In this document: in pieces, positions 58,831-64,000 of the stretch
Numbering within the stretch: position 1 is the first letter of the stretch
How the letters are laid out: every line of letters starts with the position of its first letter
Origin: Pseudomonadota bacterium
GTDB lineage: Bacteria > Pseudomonadota > Alphaproteobacteria > Micavibrionales > UBA2020
Assembly (NCBI GenBank): GCA_021845905.1
Contig: JAJZVA010000002.1
Location: 12,577 to 76,576, forward strand
DNA: 64,000 nucleotides
Direction: 5' to 3'
Program-made: the position numbers and the translations under genes
The notes under the pieces: model-generated
The model's input: only the letters and a program-made list of their open reading frames with translations
Told to the model about the DNA's origin: nothing
The model's database searches: none

Positions 58831-59223
58831 TTACATCAGAGGCTTCATGCCGAGCGTCTGTTTTTGCGAGCTGTAGTCGGTCGCGGACGTGAGGACGGCG
58901 GCGGTGATGTCATCGGTTTTTTGGCCGAGTTTTTCCGGCAGGTTCGCCGAGACGCTTTTGGTCAGGTCCGCGTAGCTGGCGACGGTCATGAACAGGCGGC
59001 CGTTTTCACCGCTGTAAACGTTGCCGTCTCCGGCGATTTCCCTGACCGCGTCGATCAGTTCGGCCATATATTCGGGATCATTGGCATGATCGTGCACCGC
59101 GGCGCATTCCGGCCCGGAGAGCTGCGTTGCATAGAGCGTTTCCGCGGCCGCCGTGACTTCACCGATATCGACAAGTTTGCCGGCATGTTGCGTGAACGCG
59201 GCGGCGAGCTTTTGCGTGGGCAT
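58831..59223 (-). CDS. hypothetical protein, paralog family Q (copy 1)
   Basis: The start MPTQKL is preceded by AAGGAGA. It shares GRLFMTV and a C-terminal ATDYSSQKQTLGMKPLM with the next gene. Confidence 0.55.
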   Translation of the reverse strand: MPTQKLAAAFTQHAGKLVDIGEVTAAAETLYATQLSGPECAAVHDHANDPEYMAELIDAVREIAGDGNVYSGENGRLFMTVASYADLTKSVSANLPEKLGQKTDDITAAVLTSATDYSSQKQTLGMKPLM

Positions 59224-59295
59224 GGATGTTTTCTCCTTCATAAAAATTAAAATCTGCGCCGGGGCTGTTCCGGCCTTAAATAATCTATGAGGTCT

Positions 59296-59323
59296 ATTTT
59301 AATATAGAAAATGATTCTGTCAA
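59296..59323 (-). promoter_or_regulatory. sigma-70-type promoter TTGACA-N16-TAAAAT
   Basis: The reverse complement of 59318-59323 is TTGACA and of 59296-59301 is TAAAAT. The flank AAAATGATTCTGTCAATAT is nearly identical to AAAATAATTCTGTCAATAT at 11959-11979. Confidence 0.55.
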
Positions 59324-59354
59324 TATAAATCTTTAATATATTGATTTATATTAA

Positions 59355-59387
59355 TAAAAAAGGAACGGCAGAAATTCCGCCGTTCCT
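59355..59387 (-). terminator. Rho-independent (bidirectional-looking) terminator downstream of the 59419-59880 gene
   Basis: A 9-bp stem AGGAACGGC/GCCGTTCCT with an A-run on one side and a T-run on the other. Confidence 0.75.
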
Positions 59388-59418
59388 TTTCAGGTGTGTT
59401 TTTTGCAACCGCGCGGCT

Positions 59419-59880
59419 TTACAGCATTCTTTTAATACCGAGCGCCTGTTTTTGTGCGCTGTAGTCGGTTGCGGCCTTGAGGGTGCCCGCGGCGATGTTG
59501 TCCAGCTTGTCCGTAAGTTCTTTCGAGAGAATTTGCGGGGTTTTTTGATCCATTTTTTGAATATTTTTCACGGTTATGAACATTCTCCCCGCATCACTCA
59601 CGAGAATCTCGCCGGCGGCGGCCATTTCAAATGTGACTTTGAACAGTTCGCTCGTGTATTCTTTATTTGTTTGCAGCCCCATGACTTGCTGAAGCTCGGC
59701 CTTGGTCAGCTTCTTCGTATATTGATCCATTGAAGATTGCGCGAGTTCGTTAAGATCGACAATTTCATGGACTTGAGCAAGTTCAGCCTCTGTCAGTTTT
59801 TCACACAGGTTCTTTGCGAGGGCTTGCGTATTGACGGGTTTGCGGGTCTTTCCTTTAAAAGTGCCGGTAAGTTGAGTCAT
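59419..59880 (-). CDS. hypothetical protein, paralog family Q (copy 2)
   Basis: The start MTQLTGTFKG is preceded by AAGGAGA. Contains GRMFITV and a C-terminal ATDYSAQKQALGIKRML. Confidence 0.55.
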   Translation of the reverse strand: MTQLTGTFKGKTRKPVNTQALAKNLCEKLTEAELAQVHEIVDLNELAQSSMDQYTKKLTKAELQQVMGLQTNKEYTSELFKVTFEMAAAGEILVSDAGRMFITVKNIQKMDQKTPQILSKELTDKLDNIAAGTLKAATDYSAQKQALGIKRML

Positions 59881-60006
59881 TTTTAGGTCTCCTTGTTTGC
59901 GGGGGTATTGTTTAACGTAATAGCAATGGGCCATATTCACATAAATATAAAAAATGGCCAAGTCGATATTTTACGGAATATATAAAATGTCTGTATATTC
60001 GTACTT

Positions 60007-61011
60007 TTAAGATGCCTTCAGCCCCACCGCCGCGCGGGCGCGGGCGAGCGTTTGGCGGGCGACGGCGCGGGCTTTTTCCGCGCCTTCGGCCAGCAGCGCG
60101 TCGATTTTTGACGTGTCGGCCATGTAGTCGTTATAGATTTTTGTGGGCTGCTCGAAGGCCGCTTCCAGCGCTTCGAATAGTTTTTGTTTTGCGTCGCCGT
60201 AGCCCATCCCGCCTTTTTCGAATGCCGCGCGCATCTCCCGCGCCGCGTTTTCATCCGCCACCTCGGCGTAGATCTGGAAGATGGTGTTGCCGTCGGGATC
60301 CTTCGGCTCTTCGGGCAGTTTGGAATCGGTGACGATTTTCATGATCAGTTTGCGCCGCGCCTTGCTCTCCATGAACACCGGAATGTGGTTGTTGTAGGAC
60401 TTGCTCATCTTGCGCCCGTCGAGACCGGGCAAAATCGCGCCCGTGTCGCCCGCGAGCTTGTATTCCGGCAGCTTGAAAACATCCTTGAACGCGTGGTTGA
60501 AATAGCCCGCCATGTCGCGGGCGAATTCGATGTGCTGCACCTGGTCCTTGCCGACCGGCACGATGTCGGTGTCCATCATCAGGATGTCCGCCGCCATCAG
60601 AATCGGGTAGGTGTAAAGCCCCATGTTGACGTCGGCGTCGGCGTCGCGCCCCGCTTCGCGGTTCTTGTCCACGGCTGCTTTGTAAGAGTGCGCGCGGTCC
60701 ATCAGGCCTTTGGGCGTCACGGCGGCGAGCAGTTGCGTCAGCTCGAAAATCTCCGGCACGTCCGACTGGCGGTAGAAAACGGTTTTGGCGGGATCAAGCC
60801 CCAGCGCCAGCCAGCAGGTCGCGACCTCGTAACTGTCGCGCTTCAGCGCGGCGGGGTCGCGCACGGCGTTGAGCGCATGATAGTCGGCGATGAACAGGAA
60901 GGATTTTTCGTGCGCCGCGGCAAGATCCAGCGCCGGACGGATCGCGCCGATATAGTTTCCGATGTGCGGCGCGCCGGTCGGCTTGACGCCGGTGAGGATG
61001 GTTTTTCCCAT
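60007..61011 (-). CDS. trpS: tryptophan--tRNA ligase
   Basis: Start MGKTILTGVKPTGAPHIGNYIG (HIGH-type) and KMSKS. 334 aa. Confidence 0.93.
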   Translation of the reverse strand: MGKTILTGVKPTGAPHIGNYIGAIRPALDLAAAHEKSFLFIADYHALNAVRDPAALKRDSYEVATCWLALGLDPAKTVFYRQSDVPEIFELTQLLAAVTPKGLMDRAHSYKAAVDKNREAGRDADADVNMGLYTYPILMAADILMMDTDIVPVGKDQVQHIEFARDMAGYFNHAFKDVFKLPEYKLAGDTGAILPGLDGRKMSKSYNNHIPVFMESKARRKLIMKIVTDSKLPEEPKDPDGNTIFQIYAEVADENAAREMRAAFEKGGMGYGDAKQKLFEALEAAFEQPTKIYNDYMADTSKIDALLAEGAEKARAVARQTLARARAAVGLKAS

Positions 61012-61192
61012 GTTCTTTCCAGGGGTATTTCGTGACATAACATTGAAACTTTCAAAAACAGCCGCATTTCGCCCGCCCGCGTCCGCGCGCTATGCATTGA
61101 CTTTAGTTTTTAGCGGATTACTGTCAATCAGAATAGAAAAATCGCCGAAGTTCTGTAAACGATAAAAAGCCATTTGTCCGGAGTTTCTACCG

Positions 61193-62389
61193 ATGCCCAA
61201 TGCCGCGCACCATATCCCGAAAGAAGAGACCGCGCTTCACAAAACCCCCTTGTGGGAGCTGCACAAGTCGCTGGGCGGCAAGATGGTGCCGTTCGCGGGC
61301 TACGACATGCCGGTGCAATATGACGGCATGGGCGTTTTGAAAGAGCACCTGCACACCCGCCGTCATGCCGGACTGTTCGACGTTTCGCACATGGGCCAGG
61401 CGATTTTGACATCCGTTCTGACGCCTAAGGAAGATCCGGGCGTCGCCCTTGAGAAGATCGTGCCGAGCGCGATGACCGGCCTTGCGCCGGAAAAACAGCG
61501 CTACACGCTGCTGCTCAACGAGCAGGGCGGGATCATCGACGACCTGATGGTCACGCGCTGGGACGACAAGACGCTGTTTCTCGTCGTCAATGCCGCCTGC
61601 AAGGAGAAGGATTTCGCCTATATCCGGCAAAAAATAGGCGGAGAAGTGAAGCTGGAATATCTTTCCGACCGCGCGCTGCTCGCCCTGCAGGGGCCGGAGG
61701 CCGAGAAAGTTTTGTCGCGCCTCTTCCCGCTCGCCGCGGCGATGAAGTTCATGACTTCGGCGAAAATTCTCTATGAGGGCGCGGAGCTTTATATCAGCCG
61801 CTCGGGCTACACCGGCGAGGACGGTTTCGAAATCTCGGTTCCGGCGGCGATGGCCGAAAGGTTCGCCAGACAGTTGCTGGAACATGAGGAAGTCAGGATG
61901 ATCGGTCTCGGCGCGCGCGACAGTTTGCGGCTGGAGGCGGGGTTGTGCCTCTACGGGCATGAACTGGACGAAACGATCACGCCCATCGAGGCGAACCTGA
62001 AGTGGGTGATCCAGAAACACCGACGCGCGCACGGCGGCTTCTGCGGCGCGGAGAAGATCCTCAAACAGCTCGACGACGGGCCGTCGAAACTGCGCGTCGG
62101 CATCAGGCCGGAGGGAAAAGCGCCCGGCGCTAACGCGCCTGATTCAAATTCAGGGCGCGCAGCGCCCGTTCGCGAAGGCGCGGAGATTCTGTCGCCGGAC
62201 GGAAAAACGATCGGCGTGATCACCAGCGGCGGGTTCGGCCCGAGCGTCGGCCATCCGGTGGCGATGGGCTATGTCGAGAGCGCCTTCGCGCACGAGGGCG
62301 CGGAACTGCAAGTGATGTTGCGCGGGCAGGCGCGGCCCTGCACCGTCGCCGCGCTGCCGTTCATCGCCGCCAATTACAAAAGGGATTAA
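61193..62389 (+). CDS. gcvT: glycine cleavage system aminomethyltransferase GcvT (carries a 14-aa in-frame insertion)
   Basis: Contains TPLWELHKSLGGKMVPFAGYDMPVQY, GLFDVSHMG and SRSGYTGEDGFEIS. It is followed by gcvH and gcvP. Confidence 0.93.
   Translation: MPNAAHHIPKEETALHKTPLWELHKSLGGKMVPFAGYDMPVQYDGMGVLKEHLHTRRHAGLFDVSHMGQAILTSVLTPKEDPGVALEKIVPSAMTGLAPEKQRYTLLLNEQGGIIDDLMVTRWDDKTLFLVVNAACKEKDFAYIRQKIGGEVKLEYLSDRALLALQGPEAEKVLSRLFPLAAAMKFMTSAKILYEGAELYISRSGYTGEDGFEISVPAAMAERFARQLLEHEEVRMIGLGARDSLRLEAGLCLYGHELDETITPIEANLKWVIQKHRRAHGGFCGAEKILKQLDDGPSKLRVGIRPEGKAPGANAPDSNSGRAAPVREGAEILSPDGKTIGVITSGGFGPSVGHPVAMGYVESAFAHEGAELQVMLRGQARPCTVAALPFIAANYKRD
62127..62160. mobile_element. 34-nt palindromic mini-element flanked by the 8-bp direct repeat AGCGCCCG, in-frame in gcvT
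   Basis: GCGCTAACGCGCCTGATTCAAATTCAGGGCGCGC lies between AGCGCCCG (62119-62126) and AGCGCCCG (62161-62168). It shares CGCGCCCTGAATT with the 48-bp repeat family at 12944-13221. Confidence 0.55.
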
Positions 62390-62406
62390 CAGGAGAAAAA
62401 CCAACC

Positions 62407-62808
62407 ATGAGCAAGACATTCTTCAGCGACGATCACGAATACGTCACGGTCGACGGCGACACGGCGCCCGCCGGCGTTGCCGGCATGATTGCAACCGTCG
62501 GGATAACCGATTACGCGCAAAACGCGCTCGGCGACGTGGTCTACGTCGAGCTGCCCAAGGTCGGCGCGAACATTTCAAAAGGCGATCAGGCGGGCGTGGT
62601 CGAGAGCGTGAAATCGGCGAGCGAGGTCTATGCGCCCGTGTCCGGCGAGATCGTCGCCGTCAACGCCGCGCTGGAGGGCGACCCCGCGCAGGTCAATCAG
62701 GACCCGCTCGGCAAGGGCTGGTTTTATAAAATCAGGATCGCCAACCAGAACGAGCTTTCCGCATTGAAAGACGAAAGCGCTTACGCGGCTTATACGAAGG
62801 AATTGTAA
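62407..62808 (+). CDS. gcvH: glycine cleavage system protein H
   Basis: 133 aa. Lipoyl-lysine motif VESVKSASEVYAPVSGE. Confidence 0.95.
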   Translation: MSKTFFSDDHEYVTVDGDTAPAGVAGMIATVGITDYAQNALGDVVYVELPKVGANISKGDQAGVVESVKSASEVYAPVSGEIVAVNAALEGDPAQVNQDPLGKGWFYKIRIANQNELSALKDESAYAAYTKEL

Positions 62809-62913
62809 AAAAAACAGCGCCGCGCCGGATTCGTTCCGGCGTCCACCATGCTTTGCATGCAAAACGTGCGTGGACGCCGCGACGGGCGCGGCGCGGAGAA
62901 GCAGGAGAACGGC

Positions 62914-64000
62914 ATGGGCCTTTTGGAACTGGAACAGAAAGACGATTTCATCCGCCGCCACATCGGGCCGCGGCCCGAACGCGTGGCGGAGATGTTGCGC
63001 ATCGTCGGCGCAAGCTCTCTTGACGACCTCGTTTCCAGGGCCGTCCCCGCGTCCATCCTTGAAAAATCCGCGCCCGTGTCGGACGCGCTCTTCGCCGAAC
63101 CGATGACCGAGACGGAGGCGCTGGCGGAATTGCAGGCCATGGCGCGGCAGAACAAGGTCTTCCGTTCCCTGATCGGCCTTGGCTATTACGACACCATCAC
63201 GCCGAACGTGATTTTGCGCAACGTCCTGCAAAATCCCGGCTGGTACACGGCCTATACGCCCTATCAGCCGGAGATCAGCCAGGGCCGGCTCGAGGCGCTG
63301 GTCAATTTCCAGCAGATGATCATGGACCTGACGGGCATGGACCTCGCCAACGCCTCGATGCTCGACGAGGCGACGGCGGCGGCCGAAGCCATGACGCTGG
63401 CGCACCGCGCCGCGAAGACGCAAAGCGATGTTTTCCTCGTCGCCGACGGCTGCCATCCGCAGACCATCGCCGTGGTCGAGACGCGCGCCCTCCCGCTCGG
63501 CATCAAGGTCGTGACGGGCAGGCCGGAAGAACTTGCGCAGCAAGAGGGCTTCGGCCTCTTGCTGCAATATCCCGCCAGCAACGGCGATATCGGCGATTAT
63601 GCCGACGTCGTGAAAACGGCGCGCGGCAAGGGCATGGTCGTCGCGGTCGCGGCGGACCTTTTGTCGCTGACGCTCCTGAAACCGCCGGGCGAATGGGGCG
63701 CGGACATCGTGCTCGGCTCGGCGCAGCGCTTTGGCGTGCCGCTCGGCTTCGGCGGGCCGCACGCGGCGTTCTTCGCCGTGAAGGACGAATTCAAACGCGC
63801 CATGCCGGGGCGCATCGTCGGCGTGTCGGTCGATACCAAGGGCAGGGCGGGCTACCGTCTCGCGCTGCAAACCCGCGAGCAGCACATCCGCCGCGACAAG
63901 GCCACCAGCAACATCTGCACCGCGCAGGTCCTGCTCGCCAACATCGCCGGCTTCTACGCGGTTTACCACGGCCCCGAGGGATTGAAGGCCATCGCGACGC
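62914..64000 (+). CDS. gcvP: glycine dehydrogenase (decarboxylating) GcvP, N-terminal part (continues beyond window)
   Basis: ATG at 62914. Translation [19 protein letters not shown]...[40 protein letters not shown]...[15 protein letters not shown]. It is not in the ORF track because it is open at the window edge. Confidence 0.93.
   Translation, partial: MGLLELEQKDDFIRRHIGPRPERVAEMLRIVGASSLDDLVSRAVPASILEKSAPVSDALFAEPMTETEALAELQAMARQNKVFRSLIGLGYYDTITPNVILRNVLQNPGWYTAYTPYQPEISQGRLEALVNFQQMIMDLTGMDLANASMLDEATAAAEAMTLAHRAAKTQSDVFLVADGCHPQTIAVVETRALPLGIKVVTGRPEELAQQEGFGLLLQYPASNGDIGDYADVVKTARGKGMVVAVAADLLSLTLLKPPGEWGADIVLGSAQRFGVPLGFGGPHAAFFAVKDEFKRAMPGRIVGVSVDTKGRAGYRLALQTREQHIRRDKATSNICTAQVLLANIAGFYAVYHGPEGLKAIAT

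Noticed and set aside
61039-61192. Glycine riboswitch upstream of gcvT.
   Set aside because: The about 150-nt leader lacks the conserved GGAGAG...CACCG...GGGGCAA-type aptamer cores. Only a fortuitous CGCCGAAG is present.

Overview
This window looks like the origin-proximal part of a GC-rich alphaproteobacterial chromosome with short AT-rich intergenic islands. GC content was judged by eye, not computed. It is densely packed with housekeeping genes. These are a gltA 3' fragment, an MsbA-like ABC exporter, a patatin-like lipase, trxB and dnaN. They also include the complete rod-shape cluster mreB-mreC-mreD-mrdA-rodA, a type-B rpmJ that is missing from the ORF track, guaC, mnmE and rho. Further along are hemJ-hemH-hemE, prmA, two thiolases, add, mnmG-rsmG-parA-parB, holA-lptE-leuS, a porin, a class A PBP, trpS and gcvT-gcvH-gcvP (5' part). 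I saw no rRNA, tRNA, CRISPR array, transposase, integrase or phage genes. The non-routine observations are listed below.

1. The AT-rich hemE-upstream gap (30413-30830) carries one perfect and several near-consensus DnaA boxes and is the best oriC candidate.
2. Four consensus parS palindromes lie within 1.6 kb at mnmG/rsmG/parA. Three of them directly abut blocks of a composite repeat family.
3. That repeat family also sits in-frame inside rsmG and over the 5' ends of rsmG and lptE.
4. A 34-nt palindromic mini-element with an 8-bp direct duplication is inserted in-frame in gcvT.
5. Many short tandem repeats, with periods mostly multiples of 3, duplicate the 3' end and stop codon of genes.
6. 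A lineage-specific family of single-pass coiled-coil membrane proteins is present as a three- or four-gene operon plus one dispersed copy, and the two loci share a promoter motif.
7. A second pair of paralogous orphan genes shares a conserved C-terminal motif.
8. Two intergenic loci share a 50-nt near-identical element, and one of them is preceded by a strongly structured terminator-ended RNA candidate.

All functional calls rest on motif recognition by eye. No database search was run.
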